DNA of 64,000 bases from Monocercomonoides exilis PA203 (GCA_001643675.2 LSRY02000059.1:1-64000), one strand, 5' to 3'; shown: positions 36,694-53,735, numbered from the stretch's first letter. The notes: generated by a model from the sequence alone, not told the origin. A program made the numbers and translations.

Positions 36694-39600
36694 ATGGGAC
36701 AACGAAGACAATTAGAAGAAGCCGTTAAGCAATCTTTTATACAGTTCATAAGCGAGCCAGTTCGAAAGTGTGTTTATTAAAACACTTTTTTGTAGACAAA
36801 AAAACACGTATAAAATAATAATGTTTCTCAGAGATATAATTGCAAAGCAACTTGGGCAATTAGTTTCACAAACAGGAGTTGTTGTGATTGATATGGAAGA
36901 GTTATATAGAGCAAATCATGATTTGCACGATATTTTTGTGAGAGAAGCTTATGCGTATGGATATTGTTTTATTCGTCAATAAATAAATCTTAAAATCTTA
37001 ATATTTGAATTTAATAAAAATCCATGCTTTTTCTCGTAATAGCCTCGAGCCAGTTATTTGTAATGCATTGTACACTTTCGCCACTGAAGAATGTGATGAA
37101 GAATTAAAAAGAATGTTCCAAGAGGCACAGTTTACTCCAAAAAACATTGAATTCATTGTGAAGAATTTGGGAATTACATATAGGTTTTCTGATTTTAATT
37201 TTATATTTTGTTGTCAATTCATTGGATTGATATTTCGTTAATCTTATCTCTTTAAATAAAAAGACTTCGTGATATCCAATCATCATTTGTAGGAAGGCTT
37301 ATTTCTATTCAAGGACAAATTACTCGAACAACAGAAGTACGGCCTGAATTAGTTGAAGCTACTTTTGTTTGTCAGATGTGTGGAACAAAAGAATCTGGAA
37401 TTGAACAGCAGTTTCGTTATACAACGCCTGTTCGTTGTTCGAATCAAACGTGCAGCAATAGCCGTAACTGGGATTTGCTGATTACGGAATCTATATTTTC
37501 TGATTGGCAAAAAGTTATGCTTCAGGAATCTGCTGATGAACTTCCATCTGGATGCCTTCCAAGACGACTTGATGTTGTCCTTCGGAGGACACTTGCAGAT
37601 ACTGTTAAAGCTGGAGATAAGTGCGTGTTTACTGGAATACTCCTTGCCGTGCCAGATGCAAAATCATTGCGAATGCCAGGAGTTACAACAAGAACCCAGG
37701 GCGAGAACTATCGCGATGGAAGAGAGGGTCCTCCACCGCCTGCAGCAGGCCAAAACAAGCAAAGAGGCACAGGTGGTGCTGAGTTTGTCGGGCAAGGTGT
37801 TGCCGGATTGCGTGATGCTGGAGGAAAAGAATTGGGTTATTCTTTCTGTTTACTTGCAACCAACGTTGAATCAACAGCCGACAAAGAAAGAGAATCTCCA
37901 TTTTGTGAAGAAGAAGATAATGGTGAAGATGATGTTGAAGTCCAAGAAGATGGTGGGAGTGGCAAGCCTAAAAAGAAGCGATCAAGTTCCGATGGCTTGT
38001 CAATAGAACTGAGTCGAATGGGTAAGACTTTGTCATTGAAGCCATTTGCACGTGAATGTATTCGGAGGTTGAGGCGCTTATTTGGAGCAAGAGACGAAAT
38101 GGCCCAGCCATATCCTCAAGACACTCTCACAATGCTTGCTTCAAATGTTGCACCGGCTGTGTTTGGACATTTGAATGTGAAGATGGGACTCTGTTTGGCG
38201 CTTGTCGGAGGAGTGCGCAAAATGACGAGCGGAGGGAACTCTGTGCCGTTGCGTGGAGACATCAATGTTCTGATTGTTGGAGATCCATCTTCAGCAAAGT
38301 CTCAGTTGTTAAGATCTCTTTCAACAGTTGCACCTCACTCTGTTTATGCAACAGGGCAGTCATCATCCGCAGCTGGGTTAACAGCTGCTGTTGTTAAGGA
38401 AGTGGAAACTGGAGAGTTTACAGTCGAGCCAGGCGCAATGATTTTAGCAGACAATGGGATGTGCATCATTGATGAGTTCGAAAAGATGAATGAAAATGAT
38501 ATGGTTGCAATTCATGAAGGAATGGAACAGCAAACAATTACTATTTCAAAAGCCGGAATTAACGCTTCATTCAACGCAAGATGCTCTGTCGTTGCTGCTG
38601 CAAATCCAAACTTTGGAAAATACAGAACTTCTGAGCCTTTATCTGCAAACATATCTCTTTCCCCTGCTATTTTATCTCGTTTTGATCTCTTTTTCGTAAT
38701 TGTGGATGAAGTAAATGAAACGATTGATCGTCAACTTGCTCGTTTTGTTATTCATAACAAATCTCGTCCTCCTCAGTTTCTTGTTGACGCTCCGGAGTTT
38801 CCTGCTTTTAGCAATTGCTTCCCTTCTTTTGATGTTTCAACTCCTGTTGGTTCATCAACATTGGGTTCGTCGTCCATTCATAGAAAATTACCAGCCTCTT
38901 CAAATTCATTGGCAAGCACATCATCTTCTGTTGTTACAAACTCGTCGATTTCTGTACTTGGAGCAGCCCAACCTTCATGCTCTATTAGCAAAGAAGATTT
39001 GTGCACTTATTTTGCAGTTGCCAGACAGATTCAGCCAAAATGGACAACCGAAGGATTTACAGCAGTGGAAGAATACTACGTTGCAGGAAGACAGAGAGAT
39101 AAAGTTACTCGAGGTGCTTCAGGAATGAGTTCTGGACTTGTTAGCACAACAACATCCGCATCTTCTCTTGCTCCTCGTCTGACTGCAAGGCAAATTGAGT
39201 CATTGATCCGTGTATCAGAAGCTGTTGCCAAATTGAATTTGGACATGAAAGTTAGCAAGGAACATGTTAACATTGCTTGGAGTTTGATTCAACAAGGAAG
39301 CACAGGAATTGCAGGAAGCGCTTTAGGAGGTGCCAGCGGAAGAAGAAGACCAGGCGATGATAATGGTCGAGATGGAAATGGCAGAGGTATTGGTGGTGGA
39401 AGAGGATCTAAAACTGAGGTTAAGAAAGAAGCAACGCAAACTGTTGTGGTTGAAGAAGTGATGGACGCAGAAAAGGGGACTGTTATGAGCGGAGTTCTCC
39501 AATTTGAGGTCGATTCAAATGTTGCAGATTTATTTGAAGGCAATCTTCATCAAGATGAAGTGAAAGAAGCAGGAAATAAAACATCTGTTTCATCTTCGAA

Positions 39601-40330
39601 AGAGAATGAGCAAGCGATGGAGCAAGAAGAGGAAGGCGATAACGATAAAGAAAGTGAAGGTGAACATAAAAAAATGGAAAAACGGACATTTGATCAAATG
39701 AAAGAAGAGAACAAGGAGAATGAAAAAGAAAAGGAAAAGCTTTCGGAACAAAAGAAAACTGTGCGTGTTACGATGTCGATTGAACGATTTAACAACCTTC
39801 GCAATTTCATTCTGATGACAATTTGGCAAAAAGGTGAGAAAAAGCCAGATGGGACTAAAAGATTGATGCAAAAAGACATTCTTCAAATTATGGTACCACA
39901 GATTGTGAAAGAGATGGATGAAGAAATTAGAAAAGAAGTTGAGGCAGATGCAGAGAAAGATGATGAAGAAGATGACGATGATGAATATATTGATGAAGAG
40001 GAAGAAGAAGAAAAGAAAAGGCGATTATTATCTGAAACTGAAGAAGAGAAAGAAGAAAGACTCCAACGCAAAAAAGAAGAGAAATTAAGGAAAAGAGCAG
40101 AGAGAATCAGAAAAATGATGGTTCTTCGTCTAAGTCAGCAAGCATCTGAGCTTCGTCTTGTTATTGAAAAAATGCTAAGAAGTGATGACCAGATTATGGA
40201 CGACTCAGACGAAGAAACTCCATCATCACAAGTTTATTCTCTTGACAAAGAAAGTTTGAACATATCTGACAAACGATATATTGCCCTTCGGCCTGAATTT
40301 TCGATGAATCAATTGCAACTTAACGATTAA
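36694..40330 (+). CDS. MCM6: DNA replication licensing factor MCM6
   Basis: Zn finger CQMC..CSNQTC, PRRLDVVLR, GVAGLRDAGGKELGY (MCM6-type), LRGDINVLIVGDPSSAKSQ, SSAAGLTAAVVKE, IDEFEKM, SRFDL, TARQIESLIRVSEA. Short 5' exons from ~36694 (start approximate). Confidence 0.93.
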
Positions 40331-40848
40331 ACATGTCATTTTCTTCATTCTGCAGCTCTATTTTATTTTTTTTCAATTCTATGTTTTTTATCACCTCATT
40401 TTTATTTTAAATGATTATTACATTTTCTTACCCTTTTTAGAAATTCAATTCATTATTGATCAGAAATAAATAAACAGTTCAAACAAAATTTTTACACTAC
40501 TGGCTTTAGAAAAAGATTGTTCACAATTCCTTTTTAATTGATTAAAAGTTAAATTAATTATTTTGTCGCATTTAAATACGTTGCAAAACATTGGAAACTA
40601 GAAATTTTGAGTTATTGTTTATTAACAAATTTTTCAATAAAAAATCTTTTTGATTATCAATTTAATAATGTTTTTTTTTTTTTTTTTTTCTTTTTTTTGC
40701 GAAATAAAATATAATTCTTTCAATTGAACCAGTTTTCGATTCATTTGATAATTACTGAAAGTTCATCCAAAACGTAGAAATTTTCATGAGAATACCAGAA
40801 ATGTTGTGTTTTGAACAATTTTTTCGAATGTTGTGCAAATGTTTTCGA

Positions 40849-42660
40849 CACTGCCCATCAGAATTATGTGATCCTGTTGATGCTTCTTTATTTTTAAAAT
40901 TATAAAAGCAAAAGTTGAAAGCAAAAATATGTCGATCAGAAAATTACTTAATGATATTCAAGATTTATCGGTTTTTGTTTAAAAAAAAGACTTGATCAAT
41001 ATAAAGAAAAGTTTATTTTCATATTTGGCAGGAAATTATTTTCTAAAAAATGTGATCCGGAAAAAAAGGTGAATTTGCGAATTATTAAAGTATAAATATA
41101 AAAAAAGAAATAATACACAAACAAAACAAAATGACAAGAATTTCAAAGGGCTCGATTCAAAAGAAAATTCCTATCCTGCAAGATCAGGGAAAAGGAAGAA
41201 ATGAAATTACTCGTTTATTGAATATTTCAGTCTATACTGCAAAAAAGTTCTTAAAAACAAACCATATGGGTGATTATTTATGAAACCCGATATTTTCTAT
41301 CAAAAAATTCGGTTTTTATTTTTGTTTTGATTATTCATAAATGAACCCTGAAAAGAGATAGAGCTGTTATGTGACGTCTTCTCTATTTTTTTAAATCAAA
41401 CTTTGGCCTATGAAACGATATGAAAACATTCAAAATTTGTTAGAAATTATTAAGCAAATGACAATGAGTTTTCAATAAAATAAACACCCCGAAAAAAGTT
41501 ATGATTTCAAATATTACCACACATATACAATCAAAACGGCTTGTCAGACGCAAACTCGGAAGGTCACTTATTCTTTCTCCTGCTTTGTTGAGGAAAGCAA
41601 AAAAAGAATCAAAATGCATGCAAATTCGAAGAGCCAGAGATCTAACCGATTTTCTTACTAAGTATTGCAGCAATTCCACTGCTCCTCGACTATTGCGCTT
41701 AATAAATAGAAAATATACATGGAGGAAAATCAAACATTTTGTATCAAAGAATGCTTGTGAGAAGAGAAACGAATTTGCTGAAAAACATTTAAGGGATGAT
41801 GAATTATGGGAACTAACGATCTTCGCTGATGAAAAAATTTTCAATTTATTTGGACCAGATAATACATGAATGGAATGGATTGAAAAAGATAATGAGGAAA
41901 TTTAAAACCATCAAAGTCAGAATAAACATAAAAAAAATAAATATATGGACTGCACTGGGTTATAATTTCAAATCACCAATCGTTTTTGTCAGCGATACAA
42001 TGAATTCTGAGGAATATTGTTGTATTTTGAAATATACGTTGATTCCTTATGCACGCAAGCGGTTCAAAAATAATTGGAGATTTATCCACGATAATTCAGC
42101 AGTTCGTCGATTTTCAAAGGAGCAAAATATAATCAGAGATTATACAATCACCAGGTTAGAATGGACCTTTTATTCTCCAAATTTAATTATCATCGAAAAT
42201 GTGTGGAGCATTTTATCTATGATGGTTTTCAAAGATGGAAAACCTAAGAAAGATGCGAATGAGCTGAAAAAATCAATTTTGGCTGCCTGGAATGAAATTG
42301 AAATGGATATTATTAATAAACTTGTTCATTCGATGAACAAACAATTCAAAACGGTTATATTGAATGAAGGAGGATCAATAAACTATAAATATATTTTGAT
42401 TATGTAATTGGTATTAATTCTTGAAATTTAATTTTTTTTTAGAAAATTCAGATAACATATTTTTGTCAAATAATTTTTTCTATTAACAGGAAAATCGTTC
42501 ATTTTCTTTGTTTTTGTAAAGAGAAAAAAAAAAATATCTCTGTTTCAAAGCATTAATGTGTTTGATAATAATTATTATTGAATGTGATATTTGTTTTTCT
42601 CAGCTGTTGGCTCAAATTTTCGATTATTAAAAGCGAATCAGTTATTTTTGATGGTCAGTG
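40849..42660 (+). mobile_element. Decayed Tc1/mariner DNA transposon (~1.8 kb) with imperfect TIRs
   Basis: CACTGCCCATCAGAATTATGTGATCC (40849-74) versus reverse complement of 42635-60 matches at 20/26; encloses a transposase remnant. TA target duplication not preserved (GA/AA). Confidence 0.75.
41501..42407 (+). pseudogene. Tc1-family DDE transposase, disrupted
   Basis: IFADEKIFNLFGPD, then stop/frameshift near 41867, then INIWTALGY, MNSEEYCCIL, WRFIHDNS, LEWTFYSPNLIIIENVWS (cf. W..SPDLNPIEN.W). Confidence 0.88.
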
Positions 42661-43859
42661 AATTATGGATTATTATTTTTGAAATCAGTACTTTGCTTTT
42701 GTGTGTTGATGATGAAAAATATTTGTTGCATAAAAAAACGCATTTGTCATATTAACGTGAAATTCTTTTTAACTGACTTTAATACCTATGTTAAATGCGA
42801 ATTAATAACAGAGATGTTTTTTGTTGGGCGTATCAGTTTTTGTGTTCAAAAACCAATTCCAAATTCAATTAAATAATTATTTATTGAAAATGTTTTATTT
42901 CAAAAATATTCAAATGCACGTGTGATAAATTTTTGTTTGAATTTGTGTTCGATTGCAAATAAAGGTTTGACAATTTGTTAATGAGATAAGTTGTTGTTTC
43001 AAAAAGAAGAACATTTTGATGGGAGTGTTCTTGTACCGATTTCTTCACCAAAAACTGAGTTAATGTTCAAATGTTGTGTTGCGTTCAAATATATATTCAT
43101 GCTCTTTTTCAATGTTAAAAAAAGTCAAAAATTTCTTATTTAAAAAAAAGAAGATTTCGGAAACTATAAAACAATAATGATCGAAAAAAAATATGGATGA
43201 TTATTTTCAAAACCAAAACTTTTTTCTGGCTGTTTATTTTCCAAACGTTGTTGGTCTTTGTGAAGCAATTATGTATTTAATTAAAAAATTCAGCACAACT
43301 GTTAAAAAAACAAATGCATTTACCAAAATATAAATAAAAATATCTTTTCCAAGCCTTTTTCCTTTTCAATGTTTTTTTGAAGATATTCAAGGGATTTTTT
43401 TAAAAAGAATTTTTTGAAGGAAAAATGATGATATTTTAAAGAATCACCCATTTGAACATTGAAAATAGAAATAAACACATTTGAAAAATCAAACAGCAAA
43501 TGGTGGTTATCACACATCTCACAAAACTGGATTAAACAAAGAGACAATCAAAGAGAACACGTTGTTTTTCTGTTTTAAAAAAGAATGATATGTGGAAAAT
43601 TCAGTATTTTTTTATCAGCCTCCCATTCAGATGCATCAGCTCCATCCCCAGCCCCATATGATGATGTATCTGTTTCAAGTTTATTATCTGATCCTGAAGA
43701 TTCTTCTTCGTGAAGCATTTCAGCTCCAGCCTCTTTTCCCTCTTCTTCTGAATCAAAAGTTTCTTCCTCTAAAGCTTTGTATTCTTCATCATTGTATTTC
43801 ATTTCATTCGACACAAAAATGGAAAAATCAACTTTTCAATTTCTGAAAAATGAAAATAA

Positions 43860-44754
43860 AGATATTTATTCTTGCACTCTATTTCGTCTCACTTCATGTG
43901 AATGCATGAACTTTTGAATGGCAGTCCACAATGCTTCAATAAGATTTGTACAAGCACATGTGAGTGGATCTGAATAAGAATGAAAAAACATTTTATGAAA
44001 AAAGACAATAATTAGAAAAAATAAAATTCAACTGAATGCTCAGAATGATTGACAGTATTGTGTGAAAACACATTCTCACACAAAGAAGAATATGCTTTCC
44101 ATTGGTCAGAGTGAATTTTTTTTTCATAACGAAAATATTTTATTGTTAACGTAATAAATAGTGAAGCAGATCGGTTTGTCACAGGGTAAACAAATGCTTT
44201 TCCTCCATGTTCCTGAGTACCGAAAATCAAAATTTGCTTCTTAGCACGTCATAATAAAAAAAAGTTCAATTGATAATTAACTTTCAACAGAAAAAGCATT
44301 GAAACCTCTCTTGTATTTTCTCCTTATCCAAACAGCTTCGTCAATTTCTGCAACCCGGCCAGGACCTCCAATCGGAGTTTGATATTTTCCAATCATCTGA
44401 GCACATGTTTTCCGGCAAATGCAATAATAATATGAAACACTGTGTCTTTCACATGAAGAGAGAGGTGATGTTTGTTTCATATTGAGATGGGAAAAAGAAG
44501 GAAAGGATCAGAACAATATATCAAATTGAAAGGAAAGATATTGAAAACGGAGTTTCTGTTCTATAAGAGACTTCTTTTCGGCATTTGCGGAATCTGAAGA
44601 ACCATTTTCCTTCGCTTCCTCTAATCAAAATCATAAATGAACGACATGTTGCTATTGGGCATCTTCTGACAGTGTTACTAACATTGTCGTGAAGCCATTG
44701 CATGGTTTCTCCATTATCACATAAATTTTTTAATCAATTTAGTTTTTCATCCAT
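43860..44754 (-). pseudogene. Merlin/ISXO2(IS1595)-like transposase remnant
   Basis: Fragments IGGPGRVAEIDEA..RRKYKRG, IHSDQWKAYSSL..HNTVNHSEH and DPLTCACTNLIEALW, spread over several frames. Confidence 0.85.
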
Positions 44755-44948
44755 AAAACGATTCAATATTTGACATTCAGAGATATTTTTGAAATAATGC
44801 ATGTTCTCATCCATGCAAAACCAAAAAAAAAAATGTGTGCACAAATATTTTGAATTTTTTTATGGGTTGATCAAATTTTTTTATAAATAAGTCAGGTCTA
44901 TTAACAAATAAATGATTTTGTTATCATTTGAAACGTGCTTTTTGACAT

Positions 44949-45196
44949 ATGGGTAATTCTTTTTGAAAAGTCGCAAATGTTTTTTTTTCAAATAAATCAA
45001 AAAATTCATATTTGGCTCAAGTTTTCGTTGGCAAACACCAAACTTCACTAATATTGAATCTATTCATTGATAATGCTATTTCAAACATACTTGAGAAGAT
45101 TCGTGAGCGTGAACAGAAATTAGATCAAAATATGAAATTTTGATTTTTTTTTTTTAAAAATTAAACATTTGCGAATTTTCAAAAAGAATTACCCAT
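44949..45196. mobile_element. MITE-like foldback element (~250 bp)
   Basis: ATGGGTAATTCTTTTTGAAAAGTCGCAAATGTTT (44949-82) versus reverse complement of 45163-96 matches at 33/34; the IR extends imperfectly to ~75 bp. No clear TSD. Confidence 0.8.
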
Positions 45197-45811
45197 TTGA
45201 TCAAGAGTTTGTCTTTTATTTGGAAAGGTGGCATACAATTACCATATTCCTCTTATCTATAACAATATTTTTATTTCAAAAAAAAATCGGCCGTTCGAAC
45301 AAAAATCATAATAAATCATTCAAATTAATGACATGAAATAAACAAATTCATAAATAAAAGGATCTGATAATTTATCAAATTTCTAGTGACTCTGGAATTT
45401 TTTGTAAATGAATAGATTTTGAATAAAGATATCCTTTTTTGTAAGATTTGAATATTTTCACAAAAAATAAATAATGGATGTTGTTTTTAAATTGTAATTC
45501 TTGCTGTTTATATTTATAATTGGGTCAAAAATACTATAATGTTTATGTTGAAATGATTGACGAATGAATAAAAAAACATGATCCAAAATCAGTTAAACAA
45601 ATAATCATTATCAATAAATTGCAAGAAAGTGAAAGATAGATGCTCTTCAAATTAATACCAGTTCGAGAAAAGAACAACAAGAATAAGCTAAAAGAAATAA
45701 ATGGACAGTGGCTAAAATAGTAAAGCATACACAAAGGAAAAGAAAAATAGAAATCAGAAAATGATTTGTTTTAATGTTAAAAATCAAAAGTTGATTAAAA
45801 AATTTTGATGT

Positions 45812-47900
<2,089 letters not shown>

Positions 47901-48166
47901 AATGAGTTATTATGGAATCGATCATATATTAAAAATTCGAGGCAATATAATCAATATAACTTGAAGACTTCTTTTATTGAAAGTTATACGATGAATAAAA
48001 AGATAAATATTCAACATCAAACAATTCTTATGTTTTTTTCTAAAAAATTAGTTTTGATTGAAATTCAAGAATAAATATTTTTCTATCCAAATAAAGTTTA
48101 TGTTAAAAATACAAAATATGATAAACAACATCAAATTTTTTTTGAACAAAGATGAGATAAATGCAT

Positions 48167-51100
48167 TTACCAAAAATAAAAACTTGCTAATGCCAATGCT
48201 CCTCCATTCAAAACCATATTTGAAAAAGGGTAATGAATAAAAGAATATATAACATCAAATAATCCACATTCTTCTGCGTATTGACGCAAAATTCCAAGTT
48301 GCGTTAAATTCATTTTTGGCATCCCTGAACTTATTGTAGCACCCTCTGCTCGATATACGATAAACCTCGAAATCTCATGTGGCTTGATATTTGCATAATG
48401 CGGAGAGCAAATTTGAATTATGCTCAAAAAATGGATAATTTCTCCATTCAAATGAAGTTGTAACAAGCCTTTAGAAATAATTTCGAGATAGTTGTTGGCA
48501 ATCATCATCTTTAGTAAATTGTAATCTTTTGTTCTTATGCCAATGCCAAAAGTATAATTCCTGAAAAGAAATGTTCCTATTCCTTTGCTGAGTTCTAAGT
48601 TATCAACGAATGTAGGGAAAAATCCGGTTTCTATAAAAGTTGTCATTGATTTTTTATCAGCAATATACAACAATAAAACTTTTGCTGCTTTTTTTCTTAC
48701 AACTTTGTTGGGATGAACAAGAAGAAAGGGCAATGAATTCAAGATATCTACGAAATAATTCCTGGAGTAATTAGTAACATTTGGATTCACATTATTAGCG
48801 AACGGGTTACTCGAATAATTGAAGATGACTGAATGAATTTTAACAAGAAGCTTAAGAGTAAATATGATAACGTCTTCATTACACTGACTGGAAAACAACG
48901 TTTGAAAACAAGCGATTTGAACATTAGTTATTATTATGATAATCTTAAATTAAAAGCAAACTCAAGAATCTGTGCAAGAACGGTCATTAAATTTGAGGTA
49001 ATGAGGCATTCAAGTATTTCTATTGCAAGCCAATAAATTGAATGAAGAAAAATTTAATGCTGACAAACAAAAAAGGATACCTTCGTTTATTTGATAGCAG
49101 TTGAAAGCGACAAGTGCGTTCAATTTTGAGACGTCGTCACCAGATATAAGCACATTCATCAATGTGGAGACAATCACATCACAATTAATATCATATGAGT
49201 TCTTGTTGAGAAACAGATAGCACAACGCCAAAGTGCTATTGACGATATACCCTTCTCCTTCTTCGTTCTCTTGCATTGCATGTTGCTTCAACTGTGCAAT
49301 TACACCGAACCTATTCATCTGATTATAAAATGGATTTATTTTAGAATATACTTTTGTCTTCAAAGCAAAAACAGCACCAGCTCTGGCTATGTTAGCAACA
49401 ACAGTCAACAATAGCGAATTATACACGCTTTTTGTTGACAAATCCAATGCGCATGAAAGAGCAGGAACGAGAGTTTCCTCGTAGGCCATTTGAACGATAT
49501 CATCCTCGGCTGACAAGGAAAGTGTGTACAAAAGTTCGAGGGCAGCTATGATTAACTGGCCATCAGCAGTGCCCGTGCGCAGGAGAAGAGCAGAAATCGA
49601 TCTGATTGTAAAATTATTGTTGCTAAGAAGGATTGAAGCAATATCTGGGCGACATAAAGCAAGACGATCTGTTGGAGTGAATTTGCTTGATTTTTTATCT
49701 TCGGTTGAAAATCGGCTCATTGAGACGAAACCTTCATTTCCAGCCGTAGCATTGATAAATGCAGGGTCTTCTAATAGGAACTCCATTGGGACCGAGTTTG
49801 GAATATCAATCACTTCTGCACTTTCAGGCTGAGATTGGGATAAGAACGTTTCGAACGAATCATTTCGCATAATAGACGATACAAATTTCGAAGAATGATT
49901 CTGTGCTTCTTTCTCCTGAATGTTGCTGCAGAGAAGATTTTGGAAAAGCTGCATAATTTTTTGACACAACACAAACGGAGAAAGTAACACGAACATCTGA
50001 GACGAAGTGTCAATAAGCATTTTTGCAAGTTCTTCCTCCCCTTCTGCAATTACCACTTCATCATGGTCACCTTCGTCTTTGCTGCCTCTCTTCAGAGTGC
50101 TTTTATTTCTTCTTTCCTTTCCATTTTCAAGTGAAAATTTATTCCACTCTTTGTTGAATAGCATATTGATGTATTCCAAAAGCGATTTTCCTTCTTCCTT
50201 GTACAGATCAATTGAACAGAAATACAATGTTTGAGACAATATTGTCAGTCCTCCATTATCAATTAATTGCTTTTCTGCTTCAGGAGATCGTTTGCAAAGT
50301 AACAGAAAAATTTGGACAACAGCCAATTGAATGGATAAAACAGGATGCCTTTTTTCAACAATGGCAACAATACATACACATAAACAAAAAAATAACTTTA
50401 AATATACAAAAAAACAGTAAACATGAAACAAACTTTAGAACTCGAAGAAGATAATGCACAACACCCTTTTCAAGAAGAATCCGAGAAGTAACTAGCATCA
50501 TTTCGAAATGTCCAAACAGCACAAAATTTATAAAGTTCAAAATCATTTAAATGAAGATATTAATAAGGTACAATTGAAAATAGGATGAAACAAACTTTTT
50601 TCATTTGCCAAAACAAGCAATGACCAACATGCTGTTTCAACATCATTTTCACGAATTTCGAGCAATGAATCAAAGTTCAGCCGAATACTATCCAAGAAAC
50701 AATCTTGCTTAATTTGGAAAACTTCCTCGTATGTTCGACTCACTTCACGTGCATATTCTGTTTCTTGTTCAGCTTCAAAAACTAATTTGCATAATTGAGA
50801 ATGTCCTTCATTGTTTCTCCGTCTAACAATGGGTGCTAAGCTTCCATTTGTTTTAATTTCGATTGTGTTTCCATAAACAACAGCAGTTTTGCAAAGCGTA
50901 ACATTTGGCTGGATGCCACTTTCAGATGGAAGCTTGTTGTAATCAAAATGCTCAATTGAAGAACAACAATTCATATCTTTTTCTCTGAGTAACGAAGGAT
51001 ATCCTCCAAAATTCACAATCTCTCTGCATCTGTCTTCAGATCCTTCAACAAGAGCAGAAATAACTCCTGATGCAACTGCCTCAATCTCAACGTCTGATGA

Positions 51101-53517
51101 AAGTCGAACAACACAATTGATCAAAGCCAACAGAAAAGACAGAAGAGAATGCATATTTTTAATGAAAATTGTTTCCGGAGAAAAAACATTGCACGAACTG
51201 GAAGATGCAAATGATTGAGAAGCGGAATATTGATCTTGTGGCAGCTGCCTAACAATTGTGTCGCAAATAGCGAAGAGGAAATACAAGCAATGGAGTAAAC
51301 AAGCGCCATTTGCAGTCAGAAACACTTTTCCGAACTGTTTGAGTGCGACCTCATCATTTGCTTTGACAAGCGAGCAAGTAACAGAAACCAAAATGTCTAA
51401 GGACACAACCAAACATTTTGGAAATGGTAACATATTCTGAGAAAGAAGTGAGATAACTTCTTCTTCTTCGTCTTGCACATTAGCGTAATGCAACTCAAGT
51501 GGGGTTAATGGAATTTGTTTGTTTTCATTGCCATCAACTTTGAAGAACCGATCAGGACTGAAACAACATCCACTGCATTGCTTTTCGAAAAGGCAGCTAT
51601 TTTCACAGACCAGACGCATCCAACGAATTGTCTCAGAACACACAACAAACCTCAGAATATCCAACAGACACCCTTCGCTTGACGTGGCTTCAACAGGCGA
51701 TTCAACAGGAAATGATAATCCTTCTATCGTCAAAGAAGATAACGAAAGGGCAGAAGCAGTAGCAGATGCTGATGCAGAGGCAGAACTAGATGAAGACGAA
51801 CTTGGTTCCGAAGCTGCCTCATTAAACATTATCTGACGCAGCAACGGGCTTGATGCATTTGAAACCAACTTCAACATAAGCCTCAAAATGCGGTAAACAA
51901 TCATTAAGTTTATATTTTTCAGGCAGGTTAACTTGAACAGAGACATATGATGCAAAGCATTGTGCAAAACAGACAGAAGTGCATGAATAATGCCTGATTG
52001 AACAACCAATCTCTTTCCTTCTTCGATTCCAATGTATGCTATGTGCCTTTGTCGTATTGTCCATTCTTCTTCTTCTTCTTCTTCTTCTTCTTCTTCTTTG
52101 AAGAGAAATTCTTTATTTTCTTCTTCATCATTCAAACTACCATTCTGTAACGCTGAATTGCAAATTTCGTATAAAAGTGAAGTTGGATAAATTCCATATT
52201 CTCCAAGTTCGCTGCTGTTCCTCTTTCTCAATTTGAATTCATTTCCTTCTTTCCCTTCTTCTGCAATAGCCTCTAACAACTCAACAACTGAGGCAATCTG
52301 AATGATGATTTGTGAATCGTTTAGATTGCAAATTGTTAATAAAAAAGCACAGATTAAAAAAAATGATTAACAAAAACAAACAACATTAAAGATATTACTA
52401 ACAAATGCTAAATGCATTAAATGCATACAATTTCATTTTGCCTATGACGCTGTCTGGTTGACGATCCAATTTCAAACACTTCTAACTTATTAAACTTTTG
52501 CAGCACCAATTCAAGAGACGCAAAAAGTCCTTCACAGTTCATCTCTAAAGAATGAATAAAAGAAAGTGAAGCCAGATTGCGTAGAGCAATCACTGCTTGC
52601 AGTTGGGTTTCAAGGTCTTTTTCCCTGTTAAAGAATAAAAAATTTTTTTATCTTCAATATATCACTTTGAAACTTTTGAAATAAACACACGATAACATAA
52701 TAACTAAGTTTCTGATTAAATTTGTTGGAAAGCTTGGACGAACTTTAGAGAGCATGAGAAAAAATATTAATTTGTAATGGAATCACACATGAAGAATCAT
52801 ATTGTGCATATCCAGCAATGACAGCCCAATGCGCTGCAAATGCTTTAGAAAAAGGTAGAATTTTGGAAAGTTTTGTTAATGTCTCCATATGAGGCTCAAA
52901 TTTCTTTAGACACTCCTTTTCCATTGCCATACAAAAAAGAATCTGAGAAAAAAGAACCGTAACATCTTCGCCTTTCCCATTCATTGAAGATTCATTGACA
53001 TCGGAATTCTTTGGTTGCCTTTCTATTTCACTGCTGCAATTTTTAGCATACGCAATGAACAATTTGTCAAGAATTCCATCTTGGATGAAGAGACGCTTTG
53101 TGCTGGCTGAAAATTCAATTACTGCTCTTTGGTTGTCAAAATTTTTGTAAAAAAAAATAAATTTATACATAGATTGCAATGGGTTGAAATTCAACACACT
53201 TAATTCCTCGAAGGACTTCCATAAGAATATTTCTGCTTTTTGTTGCAAGGAGACTAATAAACATTGGCATAATTGTTTGACAATAAAGCTCTGACTTCCG
53301 CTTTGGCAAAGCGTTAACTAAGGCAGATATTTGATAAGCATTGAATAAACTACTCTTAATTTTTCAAAAAACCTTATTTCTTTGAAAAAAATATATTAAA
53401 AACTTCAGATAACTCATCCAAGCTGTTAACAATTGATGATATAGATAATGATAATTTTAATGGATCTAAAGATATTTCATTACTGCTAGTTTCATGATTA
53501 TCTAATCTCTTCAACAT
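48167..53517 (-). CDS. Large multi-exon hypothetical helical (ARM/HEAT-like) protein
   Basis: Co-oriented ORFs (52745-53248, 50543-52279, 49010-50431, 48167-48898) separated by short AT-rich GT-AG gaps; Leu-rich amphipathic helices. Ends approximate. Confidence 0.6.
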
Positions 53518-53735
53518 CAAATATTAAATAAAATAAAAATGGGCATTATATTATCTAATCATATAAGTCACAACAAGAATATTTTGTCACAAATTTCGGT
53601 TTTGTTTAAAAATGCCTTTCGTATATTTGAAAAACCAAAAAAATTATAATAATGTTTTATCATATGATCAAAAATGAATAAATTTTTGAACATCTTATTT
53701 TCAGTGGACAAATTTATTTTAATTGATTTGTTTTC

